DNA of 64,000 bases from Epiperipatus broadwayi (lineage: Eukaryota; Animalia; Onychophora): positions 5,704,001 to 5,768,000 of the forward strand of contig JAQFVV010000007.1 in assembly GCA_028023455.1 (NCBI GenBank). The letters are read 5' to 3'. Positions 1-12,460 of the stretch are shown piece after piece; positions within the stretch are counted from its first letter, which is position 1; every line of letters begins with the position of its first letter. Both the position numbers and the translations under genes were made by a program. The notes beneath the pieces are model-generated. The model was not told the DNA's origin and did no database searches. It worked only from the letters and a program-made list of their open reading frames with translations.

Positions 1-29
1 ACAACAAATTATGTGCTAGTATAGAGATA

Positions 30-460
30 GTGATCATGTGATGTTTGATGGTTTAACACCAATCCTGCCTAATAGGATAGTGGTGGCTATGGTTGTTTAA
101 GAGCCAAAGACACCAAAATGTATGGGTGCTGAATTGAGTTCAGACCCATATGACTATATAAACTATTGAGCTTAGATTGAAGATATTAACAATGTTTTCA
201 ATTTCATTCTCATAGTTTTGTAGTAAAGTAGAGTTAAAAGGTGGCTGCTGGAGGGTTGAATTAGATCCTAAGATCTAGGTGCAGTGCTCTCAGATCCAAG
301 GCTCCTCACTGATGATGGCCACAAGCCAGAAACTAGTCTGGGGATATTGGATGAGTTGGCACTAGATAGGGATTTTATGCACAAACCTTCTGACATCCAT
401 TGATTACTGTGTTTGGCACAGGGTGGCACTACTGTATGGGGAGTTTTGCCTTTGTTTAAG
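30..460 (+). repeat. Copy of a ~430-500 bp hammerhead-ribozyme-bearing repeat family (Penelope pLTR-like or retrozyme-like)
   Basis: Reverse-complement match to 8330-8745 and partial matches to 2341-2650, 16420-16500 and 61150-61410. Shared blocks include gtgatcatgtgatgttt, agatctaggtgcagtgctctcagatccaaggctcctca and gcactactgtatgg. Confidence 0.85.
303..344 (+). ncRNA. Minimal type I hammerhead ribozyme with intact core
   Basis: TCCTCA-CTGATGA-TGGC(cacaa)GCCA-GAAAC-TA-GTC-TGGGGA. Stem I TCCTCA/TGGGGA (with G-U pairs), 4-bp stem II, core CUGAUGA and GAAA, GUC triplet (cleavage predicted after 338), and a 2-bp stem III in palindromic ACTAGT, typical of metazoan minimal hammerheads. Confidence 0.8.
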
Positions 461-1763
461 AACTTTAAGTAATGAAAGCTACACACCTTTGCATAATCCG
501 AACACTTTATATTCCAGAATCTTCCACTTTATCACTGCACCCAATTATGCAGGGCACAGTTAGTAATCAGAGCGCAAAATTTCTTAATGAATTATAATTT
601 TTAGGGTGCAGACTGTTAGAAAAATTATATATTAGTATACTGCAAAATTAAAGCAATAAATTTATTAAAAAGTAGTTGCTATTTCAAAAATATTGGTACA
701 AAATTTAATGTTATCTTATTAAAAGCAAATTATAACACTTATTATAATCTAAAATTGAGAAATTTCATTTTTTGTGTTGCCTTATGACTGAAACATGAAT
801 TTATTTTAAAAATATGCTGTAAATAATAACAAATCTATTTTTAGGTGCATTAAAAAGAAGAATGCTGACTATTTCTCTTATAATAATTTTATCATTAATG
901 ATTTGATTCAGAGACTGTTATGGCATTTTTTGCTTGAATAAAATAATTGATTGAATTGGAGTGTCATAAGAAATATAGAGATTTAAAGGCAAAAGATTTA
1001 AAAATGATTGGTGGAATGAAATTGCAAGAGAAATATAATCATGATTTTCTTCCTATGGTCATTTCAGATCGTGCCTTTTTGTGCAATTAAAGTAATAAAT
1101 GGATCTAACAATGATATATAATTAAATCTGTGTTTGGTAAATAAATAGAAATATTTTAATCATTTTTTAATATTGATTAAAGAATTGAGATGGTGGCTTT
1201 TAATGATACATCCATTCTTCCTATTCATCTAAATTGAAATGATGGCATACCCATCTTACCTATTCATCTACATTTGGTGAAAAGTTAGCTTTATGAAGGA
1301 AAAATAGCTGTTTATAATCTTAAAAGTGAAAAGACTACAGTCCCAATCAGATATTTAGAAAAAATTACAATATAGTGATATGCTAATTTCAAAAGTTTGC
1401 TTTTATTATTGTTTTGAATTGTAGTAATATGTTGGACTATTTCCACCTTTGATTGTAGTCTTATTTGTTTTTGGAAAAATTCAAATTTCATTCATATTTT
1501 TGCAAGTACATTTAACTATTAATGATATCATAAAAATTATTATTGACCTTTAAGTATATTTGGAAGACTAAATAAAGTTTGAATTTTTCTAATTAAGACT
1601 ATTAACAATTGAACTAGATGATAAGAATAGTTTTAAATGTATAGTAACTACAAAATAAAATATCAAAAATCGTCAGACAAGCATTCTGTTATTTTAATTT
1701 TTCAAAAATAGAGAGAATAAGCACTGCAGTAATTATCGTTGAATTCTGTTGCTTTCTCTACAG

Positions 1764-1878
1764 CAAAAGCATTTTGAAGGATTTTATTAAGCAGATTTCT
1801 ATCTGTCAAAAATGATTAGCTGTTAGAAACTCACTGTAGCTTTGGAGAATCAAGAAGCACTATATTGTTTTTCGTTAG
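1764..1878 (+). other. Candidate non-coding (5' UTR) exon of the neprilysin gene
   Basis: Flanked by a strong acceptor (gctttctctacag) and donor (AG|gtaaat), but all three frames contain stops. No independent support. Confidence 0.25.
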
Positions 1879-2340
1879 GTAAATGCAAGAAAAAATAAAA
1901 AGCAAAGATTCAATGTATTTATTGCATTTGATCAGTAGATGGTTTAAATGAATGATTCTACATTAACTCTTTTCCAATATCATCTTTGCATATATATATA
2001 AACACAAACAAGATGAAACTATATGTCTGCAATGATTTCAAAATTTTCAAATACCTGTGAAGTGTTTGTTAATTACTATCTATAACGAATATTAAATTTA
2101 TTTTTTTATTTATATATTTTATCATTTTTATACTATGGATACATTGTTCATATACATTAACAACTAAATCCTCGGAATAAAAAGATAAAAACTTAATAAA
2201 CATTTGAAGGCTTTTTTCTCTAAAAAAAAAAAAATAATAATAATTAGGATTAAGCTGTCTATATATTTCTTCTAATATATTTAAAGTTGACTACATTTTG
2301 AAGAAAATATATTTTTAATATATATACAATATGATGTTTG

Positions 2341-2650
2341 AACAGGCAAAACTCTCCATACCTTAGTGCCACTTAGTGCAAGCCAGAGTAATCAATGGAT
2401 CCCAGAAGGCTTGGGTATAAAATCCCTATCTAGTACCTACTCATACAATATCCCTAGACTAGTTTCTAGCTTGTAGCTTTCATCAGTGATAAGCCTTGGA
2501 TCTGAGAGCACTGCATCTAGATCTTAGGATATAATGCACTGAACCTTCTGGCATCCATTGGCTAATCTGGCTTGCACTGAGTGGCACTACTGTATGGTGA
2601 GTTTTTGCCTGTTTTAACATCTTGAGCAAGCATAAGAAATGGTGATCATG
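2341..2650. repeat. Hammerhead-family repeat in a head-to-head arrangement: minus copy ~2341-2530 followed by a partial plus copy ~2540-2650
   Basis: aacaggcaaaactctccatac...gcaagccag at 2341 is the inverse of ctggcttgcactgagtggcactactgtatggtgagtttttgcctgtt at ~2567-2612. Homologous to 280-460. Confidence 0.8.
2451..2493 (-). ncRNA. Hammerhead ribozyme core with degenerate stem I
   Basis: The reverse complement reads ttatca-CTGATGA-aagc(tacaa)gcta-GAAAC-TA-GTC-taggga. The core is intact; stem I has mismatches. Confidence 0.6.
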
Positions 2651-3928
2651 TATGTAATAGGATGTTTATAGAATTAATTGTTAAATGTTTTTATAAAAAT
2701 TTAAACTGTATTTAAATTTTTCAAATACATTCAGTTGTTAGTAATAACATACAACTGCATATATAACACAACATTGTGAGTGGTATTATTGTCCTCTCTT
2801 CAGATGATGCTAGCTGATCAAGTCTAAATAATGAAAATAATCCAGCTTAAAATTATAAGTATAATGCTATCTTCACAAATTTGTAGATATGCTGTTGTTT
2901 TTTAATGTTATTTTAATTGTTATTAAAATATCTGAATAAATTTTTAATAAGTTGAAGCATTTTTGTTTTTTGTTTGTTTTTATTTCTAATATACATATGT
3001 ATTGTAAAATATTTTATAAATATGAGTTTCTCTTTATTCAGTTGGGTATTATTTTTTTTTGTTTCCTATAAAAACTTATTGTACTATGTTTAATTAAAAA
3101 TTATTTGGAAAACAATTTTTAAGATTACAACGTTTATATAATCACAGTTTAATTAAGTCTAAAGTTATATTTAAAAAAAAAAAATAGAATTATTTGTCAA
3201 TTAGATATACAAGACAAATACAATGTATTTTTGTGATTATTAAGCATTGCTATCTATGGATTATCTTGTGTTTAAACCTCCAGAAATACCTGGTTGAGCT
3301 TGTGGCTGTGATTCGTAATTGAGAGTTCTTGGATTTTTTTAGGGATGGAATATTCTGGTTTTAGGCAACTGATAAATTGCCCAAGTGTCTTTAATTATTC
3401 TCATAGGGGCTACTATTCAGTCTCTTATCTTAATTTTTTCAATGATCTTGCAGAATGTAGATTAAATGACAGTTATTATTTTTGAAGATTAATTGACATC
3501 ATAACAACATAGTATTAGTTTTCCAAGGCGATTGCTGATCTACATAGAGTAATGTATAAATTAAAATAGCATATTTAACTTCATCCATCATGTTTCAGTA
3601 CACTGATAACTTATGAAAACCTGAAGCCCTAATGCATGAAGTGCTTAATTATTGCTAATAGGCAAATGTGAAAATTAGTGATGATTTACGAAGCTTCACA
3701 CTACTATTAAAATGACATTGTGAGAGATTCTGTAAGAGATTCAATGTAGAATGTATATAGCAACACTTGAAATCAAATGTTCAAATAAGATTCATTAACA
3801 CTCACTGTTGAGCAAATAATTTATGAATATATTAAATAAAATCTATGGCTTACAACACAATCACTGACCCACAATGTATCACATTATTATTGTTAATAAA
3901 TTGAACGAGATATCCAATTCGGATAACA

Positions 3929-4455
3929 ATCCCCACAGCACCCTCCTCTCAGCCCCAACCCACATAGGGACTAGGATTTAGGCACCCAGGGACCTTCCTC
4001 ACAACCAGACACTCTTTCTCAGTCAGCAAATTGAATTTAATCTAAATTTTCCTTCAAAATCGAATTTTCCAATAGACTTCTCTAGAAACTTACTTGTTAA
4101 ATCTAGTGCTAATTTTGATGTTGAGCATTTTAAATAGAATGACATTTTGAGAGATGGGTGAAAATTTGAGGAAACACTTGAAAATGATATTTGAATCCAG
4201 TTAAAAACTAATCATCATTGGGCAAAGTATTCCTTGACTTTGGTAAAATCTCTGGTTTATAACACAAGTAATCAAACCGCCATGAATAATGTTATTCTTG
4301 CTAACAAATGAATGAGCTATTCAATTTTTGTTAATGATCCCCACAGCACCCTTCTCCCAGCTCCGGCCCATAAGAGAACTAGGATTTAGGCCCCAAGGGA
4401 CCCTCCCAACAATCAGACACTCTAATTTAGTCAGCAAAGTTGAATTAAATCAAAA
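3929..4455. repeat. Pair of ~117 bp GC-richer direct repeats (3929-4045 and 4337-4455)
   Basis: atccccacagcaccc...ctaggatttagg...ggacc...cagacactc...agtcagcaaa occurs twice, 408 bp apart. Confidence 0.8.
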
Positions 4456-5519
4456 TATCTTTAACTTAAATATATATTGACAAATAAATTAAAGAATTAT
4501 AAATAAAATATATCTGCATAAAAATATGTGAACTAGTATAAATCATTCGATTTAAAATATACAGATTTTAATAAGTAGATAAAAATTTGATGTATCAAAA
4601 TAATATAAGCATGATGAAATAACTTAGTATGTAAGTGATAGCAAAAATAAATACTCATAAAAATATTAATTACTTACACCAAGTTTGCTGCTAAAAATAA
4701 ATGACATGGGTTTATAATTTTAAAAGAATGTTCACTATTAAAAAATTATAGTTAGAGCATCATGATTAGCAATACTATTATATATTTGATGTAAAGAGAT
4801 TATTTGCTGAATGCCAACAAAATAACAAAAATCATAGACTATAAGTTTAAAAGAAATCATCAAAATAGAAAAATGACAATATATTTATTTACATTAGTAT
4901 ACATAACACATTATATACAATTTAATAACCACACCCACTTTGCTTACTATTCCTGGTTTGCAGGTGCTTGTAAACTGTGTCAGCTTATAGTTTGGAAGAC
5001 TTGGTTGTGACTTCAGTAATTATGATGACTACCAGCAACTGATCAACTGACAATTATCCATGCTCATATCCTTTCCTAAAATTCTGCATTTACTAACATG
5101 ATCAAATAAGTCTTTAAATTGAGGGACTATTTTGCAATAAATGCTAATACTCCCCACAATTAAAAACTAACCACTGTCTTAACTATTCTTAGACCTGAGT
5201 AAATAACTAAAAATTGTTTATACTCATAGTCCGACTCTGCACAGTTCTCATGAAGCTTTATCAAGCATACACAAATAAAAATAAGACTCTGTATGGTCTG
5301 TTAGGTTACCTATTGGCTACTGGCTCATACAGAGGCTTTGTCTCTGGGATGATGTCCTTTATGGCAGAAAAGTCGCTACAACTTTTTCAACAGGGTCTTC
5401 ACTGGGTCCGTTTCTTTTAACATCCCATAATGCAACAATAAGAAGCACCACACACAAAGGGTAAGAAAAAGCCCCTACTCTTTTCAGCATACACTATTTA
5501 TACATTTCCCTGTTTAATA

Positions 5520-5800
5520 TCTAATATTAATTATTATAAAAGGTAATATCTGTTTACATTAGGCTATCCCTCCCAGCAATGCATCTTTTCCCAAATTATC
5601 ATAAAGCTTCTTTTAATTGCATCCATGTACATTCCTTTCACTTGCAATTAGGCTTTTAAATATTGATTATACTAACCCTTCCTCTGTACTATTTTGTTTA
5701 ATTAGTTTAAATAACTTTCTTCTCTAATTAAACAGTACTATTGTTTTCTATACTTAAACCCATCAGACCTTTCCTTCATTATTATTCACATTTTATTTTA
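5520..5800 (-). mobile_element. 3' remnant of a LINE related to the 27600-32000 element
   Basis: Purine-rich minus strand, with similarity to 27700-27950 (tcttttcccaaa...tcataaa block). Confidence 0.35.
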
Positions 5801-6666
5801 TGTTTCATCAATCTTTTTTTCATTTCTTTTAAGTTACAATATCTTTCTATATTTGTTTCTTTTTTCTGGGGTTACAAATCCTAGCTTTATAACTTATATA
5901 AATTACAGTTACTCAAGCAATATTTTTTACCAAAATATAAGTTTTTAAATAACATCTCAGTGATAAATGATTTGCTGTGAAATACACGATTGATTTGCAG
6001 CAATGAAGTGTACTGTAGGTAATTATTTCATTGTAGTTCATGTTTGTATATTTTTGCTATAATTCTTTATAATGTTTATTGGTTTCTCTCAGCATTGAAT
6101 TTTAATCACAATTAGTTTTAGAAATTTTTATTCTTTGAGTTTTAGGGTAATTAGTCATAGTTCTAAGACTTACAACATATTTAAAACATTGAATGTTCAC
6201 AAGCTTTAGACATTATGCTTTAGCTAATTGGGCTTCACCCTGCATGGTTTGGCACTGCATAGCAGTAAAGTGTCTGACTGGATTGAAAGGTTCCAGGGTT
6301 GATTTTGGCACTTGCAAATCTGGTGCTTGAATTTATTATGAACTCCCAAGCAATGAAGCTATTGGCTTTTTTTATTTGTCTTTAATAATCTGATCTCTCT
6401 AAAATTACATAGTCTATATTCTTTTCAGTTTCTTATCTATAACTCTTCACCACCCTCTTTGAGTTTCACCTGGTAAAGAAAAAATGGTATGTTTCATATA
6501 TTTCTATTTTTCAGATGGTGTCAAAAATATTTTGCTATGATGACAATCTGTGCATACATATATGTGTGTGCGTGATGTAAAGAGAGTGATGGCAGAATAG
6601 GTGGATAGATAGATAGATGTCCATTTCATTGTTGTTATACTTAAACTATTGATCTTATTTTTGCAG

Positions 6667-6800
6667 CAGCTCAAGATTTACATTGCAGTCTAAACTAGAA
6701 CGCTTTCTAATTGTTAGTTGCCTTATCTTGTTGGGAGGATGCATCGCATTAGTTGTTTTACTCACATCGCATAATCAACAAAATTTAATTAACTTCAGAG
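6667..6800 (+). CDS. Nep1: Neprilysin-like (M13 peptidase) exon: cytoplasmic tail end and type II transmembrane anchor
   Basis: Acceptor tttttgcag (a NAGNAG alternative lies at 6669) and donor G|gtagga. Translates SSRFTLQSKLERFLIVSCLILLGGCIALVVLLTSHNQQNLINFR, resembling the 'T/S-K-L-E-R + hydrophobic helix' of NEP/ECE proteins, and joins in phase 1 to the downstream exons. The paralog assignment rests on recalled motif similarity only. Confidence 0.75.
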
Positions 6801-7699
6801 GTAGGAGAGATGGTATGATAATTGTTTCGTATACATTTTATTTTGTCTTTTTTTTTTCTTAAATAAGAATTTTAGATTATTTTGCAGATTCCTTCCTAAA
6901 TCAAATTTGCCGATTTTTTTTCGTTCCTTTTTATTTCTGTGTAATTTGTGGGCTGTTTTCCTAACCTAAATTCACAATTTTATTTTGCTTTTTTAATAGT
7001 AAGTATTTATTCATTTATTATTCAATATTTCACAATGATTTTTATACTAAATCATTTTAATATTTAATTGGTCCCTATTTATTTTTTTATTCATATACTG
7101 TAATGTTTATTCAGGTTTTTATAATTGGTATATATACAAAGCATATATGTATGTAATTTATATGTATGTGTGTGGGGAGTTGTATGTAAAAAAGTGATAT
7201 TTATTATTAGTTTGGACAATTTATTATGCAATTTAAATTGTTTTCTGTTTAATAAAAATTTAGACACAAAACTTTATATTTAAAATTCAAATTTATTTTA
7301 TTTGTACATAGGTCAAATTGGTTGCCACAGAAAAGTGAATATTATTGTGTTTACATTCTTAACATATCTGAAAGATGTAAAGATGCATATATATATTAAT
7401 TCTAATATCTCATGATAAATGATGAATTCATAGTATTATTTCTGGGAGCTTCCGTGTAGTAAAAATATAATGGCTAAATAGCTGGCATTTCAATACAATA
7501 AAAGAACTTTTCTCAGAGCTTCTTTATCAAACCATAATAATGTGTGTTGTGAGATTTAAAATCGTTATTTTTTTTCCTTTGTTATTTTTTCCTCATTCTC
7601 AAATTCTATAGGTTGAGAAGTTTTAAAAAACATTTTATCCTTCAGTAGCTTTTTCCAAATATTGTTAATTTTCTTCTATTCACATTTTTCATTTATGCT

Positions 7700-8040
7700 C
7701 TTGGGCCTTTTGAAAAATTGATGTCATGGTTAGTTAATTTAAGGTGTGAATAAATGACTGATGGATTGGATTTTTCTCTAATTGCCAAAATGTGCTCTTC
7801 CTTTCATATGTTTATTCTACAATTGGTCTGTCCAGTGTATGAATGTAAACAAACTCCACATGTAATTTCATATACACCATGGACACTGCAAAGAAATTTT
7901 ATCTTTAGGATGTGGAAATACTTCATTAATTTTTTTAAATGTAGTATAAACTGTGTGGATATTATTTTTTGTTCAAACATTACCAATTTTATCAGCTCCT
8001 CCCTTTATATATCGCAGAACAGTCTTAATTTTTGAAATAT
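7700..8040 (-). mobile_element. Penelope-like element GIY-YIG endonuclease remnant
   Basis: GVYEITCGVCLHSYTGQTNCRINI, then after a frameshift KEEHILAIREKSNPSVIYSHL. Matches the Penelope EN pattern GVVY.I.C..C...YIGQT.R....R..EH. Confidence 0.75.
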
Positions 8041-8329
8041 CAAAATCTTTTTCCTTATTATATGGAAATTAAAAGTCATTGAATGGCTATATTTCTCAAA
8101 GAGTTCATAAGAATTATGAGGACTGTGCTAGAACTGGAATCAACACAAGTACCATAATTATAATCCAGGGTTTGACAGTCCATCATTGCACTAAACCATG
8201 CAAGACATATTTATAAAAGATATTTTGCTTTATAGTTATATAAATAATAATAATAATAATATATATAACAATAAGTTCATAAATTATTTTAATGAAGATA
8301 AAATAATAATGATAATAATATTCTAACAT

Positions 8330-8765
8330 TAAAACAGGTAAAACTCTCCATACATTAGTGCAATTCAGTGCAAGCCAGAATAATGACTGGATGCCAGAAG
8401 GCTATTCATCCAATATCCCCAGAATAGTTTCTGGCTTGTGACCTTCATCAGTGAGGAGCCTTGAATCTGAGAGCATTGCACCTAGATCTTATGATCTAAT
8501 GCAATCCTCACACAGCCCTTTTATCTCTACTTAACTACAAAACAATGAAAATAAAATTGAAAACATAATAATTTCAATCTAAGCTCATTAGTTTACGTAG
8601 TCATATAGGTCTGAAGTCAGTTCAATACCCATACATTTTGGTTCTTTAATAACCATAGCCACCACTATCCTATTAGGCAGGATTGGTATTAAACCACTAA
8701 GCATCATATAATCACCATTTCTGTGCTTTCTCATAACTATTATGGTGATCATGTGATGTTTAGTG
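8330..8765 (-). repeat. Hammerhead-family repeat copy (core at 8416-8457, GTC mutated to TTC), ending in a short inverted junction at ~8692-8767
   Basis: The reverse complement reads tcctca-CTGATGA-aggt(cacaa)gcca-GAAAC-TA-TTC-tgggga. Collinear with 35-460. Confidence 0.8.
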
Positions 8766-9269
8766 GTTTAATACTGTAACATATGTACTTTCCATTGCAT
8801 TATTTGTTATCTTTATTAAGTGTTTAAAAGTAAAAACAATATTATATGACTTCCAAAGATTTTAATATTTGCATATAAATATTGCCTGTTTAATTTTTCC
8901 TTTTATATGATTTTTTTTCCATATGAAGAATTATAACATTACTCAAATTAAAATCAATAGTAAATCTACATGTTCTTTCATAATCTAAGAAAACAGAAGC
9001 AGATCAGATACTAAATCATTATATTTTTTACTTTTCATATGTTTACATAGCAACTAATGATTCTTCAATCTTTTTTCAATATTGCATCCCTGAAAGTCAT
9101 CTAGATTTTGCAATTATACATTACAGTTGTCTTTGAAAATAGTGTTTCAGAATTTCAGGTAATGCTGCAAAAAACTAAAAAGACAAAAGTAATGTTCAAT
9201 AAACTTTTTCAGAAGAAAAAATAAATATTAATAACAATAGATTAGAAAAAATTAACAATTGTATATATC

Positions 9270-9620
9270 TTGGTTAAATGATGAACACAGATGGAAACAT
9301 AATGAATGAAATTAATCATAGAATTAAACTTGAATGGAATGTTTTTAATAAAAGTAGCATAAGCTAAAAGGTAATATCCATTGAAAAAGAAGATTTTTAA
9401 TATATCTTATATCTGGATCTGAGATGTGGACATTTAATGGAAGATTATATGGAGACTTTGGGTTATTTAATAAAATATGGAAAGCTGTATATTGGGAAGA
9501 ACAAGAAGAACCAAAAATAAAATATGAGGGCAAATGAACAAACAGGAATCATTGACATCACTGCATGAACTAAGATACTGAAATGAAATTGGGCTAGTTA
9601 TATTGCTGAAAGAGATGATA
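9270..9620 (+). mobile_element. Decayed RTE LINE 3' fragment
   Basis: acagatggaaacataatgaatgaaattaatcatagaattaaactt...gagatgataat aligns with the reverse complement of 58130-58520. Confidence 0.7.
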
Positions 9621-11691
9621 ATATGTGAATATTAAGGCAAACCCATATCCCAAGAGATTGTAAAATATCTAAAAAGATTCATGTATAAAATTAATGAATG
9701 AATTGATAAAGTTAACTAGTGTAATGGATCAGAGAAACTACATTCAACTTTAGGAGACTTTCACCATGTGATATACAGATAATGTTTGAAAATAGTGATG
9801 AAACAGTATTACAAAGTTTATGGATTGTGGCAAACCAAATACTGTTGTCATCTTAAAAGATGACTATGAAAAAATGATTAAAAAAATAATTGTGGAATTT
9901 ATTAAACACAATTTTATTTGATTTTTTAAAAAAGAAATAATCCATAAGAAAGTTTTTCATGCAACTTATCATCATATAAGAAATATCATAAAGGCCTATT
10001 TAAGAAGAGCATATGATTTGATAGTATAGATAATTAGGCTAAAGGTGGCTGATTTTAATATATCTTTTTAAAATCATTTGGTATTTACCTAGTATTAATT
10101 ATCTCAAAAATATTAAAGAAATAAGATTTCATAAATCTCAGTAATAGTCTGACATTGCATTTATTGACTCAGTGGCTTTCCTATTTGTAATGACAACAAC
10201 AAAGAAAATAGAATGATAGTGTAGCTTTCATCAACAGTTTATGATTTTTATGATTTAAAAAAGACAAAAGATAATATGGCTAAAGATATTTTGTGTATTA
10301 AAGAGATTCTGATAAATAAAATTCAAATTGGTATGCCTAAAAGTTTACTAATAAGTGTAAGAGAATAATTTCCAACTGAATGATACTATTTTTGTACTAA
10401 TTCTTTTGTAATTATGAAAATATCATCTACCTATGTAAACCAGATTAGATATAATTCTATCTAAAGAGATAAGAACATTTGATAACAATAATTTAGCCTT
10501 AAAAGATATATATACACACACATTGCAAATGATGCTATAACTTTAAAAAACCTCGAATTTTTCAAAAACTGATCAAAGGTTTTTTTAATGTAGTTGATAA
10601 CAGAACAGGCTAGATTTTGTGAGATTTAAGATCTGCAGAGACAAAATATAATATCAAAACTATCAAAAATATTTTTACATCTGTTTTAATAATAATAAAG
10701 TCAAATAAGTATTTATGATTTGCATATCCAATGGCCTCATGTAGTTCAATCAGAACATGTAAGAAAAGTGGAGTGTACAGTTTGAAGTTTTTCTGTCAGG
10801 GATGAATTGATATTTTTTGGAAGATATATATATTTGTAATAACAATAATTTGATTATTCATATTTGATATATATAATAATGCCTGAAACATTATTGTACA
10901 TTCAAATAGATGTGATGCAAAATTATGATTGATATATATGTTTGAAGAGTAAAAAAATAACTTATCATGTACCAGAATGATTTATATGCTAAAATATTTG
11001 ATTTATATTCTGCTTCTGATGTTAGAAATTTTAAAAAATAGTTGAATAAGATTAATAAACCCATTCCAAAAAAAAATTATGTTTGTGCAAATTTAATCTA
11101 AAAATATTCAAGGTTACATAATGAAATGAAAATTCTGATTAGTAGATACTCTTTATTATTAAGTAAAGGTCATCTAGTAAAGTATATAGTAATTTTCCAT
11201 CTTTTACTAGAGAAATCTGTTTTGTTCTCAAAACTATATATGAAAATAACTTCCAGTAAGATTTTTAGATTGTATCAATGACCTAAAAACAAAATATATA
11301 TAATCATGTGTATTGGAGATATCTTTTATTAATTGCTTATATAAAGATGGTGAGAAAATTAAGGGCTAGTTTATGTACAATTTTCTAAGACAATTCATAA
11401 TGGTCATTTAAATTTATATAGACTGTAATCCATGGTTAATTTAAATCCAAATAAATTCTTTTCTTTAATTTTAAAATGCAAAGAATATTTAGCAGAATTA
11501 TATATTATTATCCAAAAAAGGAATGTAAAAAGTAGACTTTAATATACTCACTGAACAAGAGAATAAAATGGAAATGAATTACGAGGTAATGTAAATCCAT
11601 CACTGACTAATGGTTTGTTATAAAAGTATATTCAAATAAGAACTTATTTAAAAGATTTTTTTGAGAAAATTTAAATGTGCACTATCTATTC

Positions 11692-12460
11692 CAGGGGTGG
11701 GAATCTCTGGCTCCTGGACCAATTTTAATCTTGGATAGCTCTTGATGCAGCCCTCATACATTTTCAAAACCATATATAAAATTTTTATTTAAACAGTGCA
11801 GGTCAAAATATTTATTTTCTCAATGATATCTTTTTCTTTCTCCAACTTTATAATATAGTTTATTTTATTAGAGGTGCAATATTTCAACAAATTATCCATA
11901 CTGTGTAGTCTGACTACAGTCTTAATCTATGATACAGAGGGCAATTTATTTATACTCAAATGTTATTTTATTATTTTGCATTTTTTTCATTAGAATGACT
12001 ACTCTAAGATAAGAAAAATTGATGCAGAAAATTGCACATTTCAAAAGAAATGAATCAATGCATATTTTTTTACAGAAAGAAATATTAAATCAATTTGGTT
12101 AATATGTCTGCAAAGAATGTCATTTAATAAAGAATACAATATTAAAATGCACTATTTATCGAAACATTCTGGTTACAACAAAATTGTTGGGGAAGAAAAT
12201 AAAACACTTGAAAAGAAGTTTCATCAAATGGCTGACATGTTTCATAAAAAGTACAACAAGTCAAAAAATTCTGTGAGAGAAAGTTACATTATTTAAAAAA
12301 AGCAGAAAATTTAAAACCATTTTCTGAAGGGCAGTTTATAAAAAACTGCATCCTAGCTGTTGTAGAACTATTATTTCCAGAACATAAAAAGAAATTCGAG
12401 AATATAAATATGTCATGAAGAATAGCTAGTTACTAGGTAAATTCAGAAAATTGTCATTAA
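11692..12460 (+). mobile_element. hAT (Charlie/Buster/SPIN, GTF2IRD2-like) DNA transposon 5' remnant
   Basis: TIR-like CAGGGGTGGG preceded by the 8-mer ATCTATTC (central TA, the Buster-type target preference). From ~12005 it reads KIRKIDAENCTFQKK*INAYFFTERNIKSIWLIC...KEYNIKMHYLSKH, the N-terminus of SPIN/Buster transposases. Confidence 0.75.

Noticed and set aside
268-486. 72-aa minus-strand ORF as a gene
   Set aside because: It is the antisense reading of the hammerhead repeat and has no protein motif.
4804-5420. Short ORFs here and similar 60-75 aa entries throughout the ORF track
   Set aside because: I/F/L/K/N/Y-rich composition expected from random AT-rich DNA, with no motifs or splice support.
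6429-6472. Possible upstream coding mini-exon (FLIYNSSPPSLSFT) in a phase compatible with 6667
   Set aside because: Splice-like sites are common in AT-rich DNA, there is no family motif, and no linked start codon was found. It needs RNA data.
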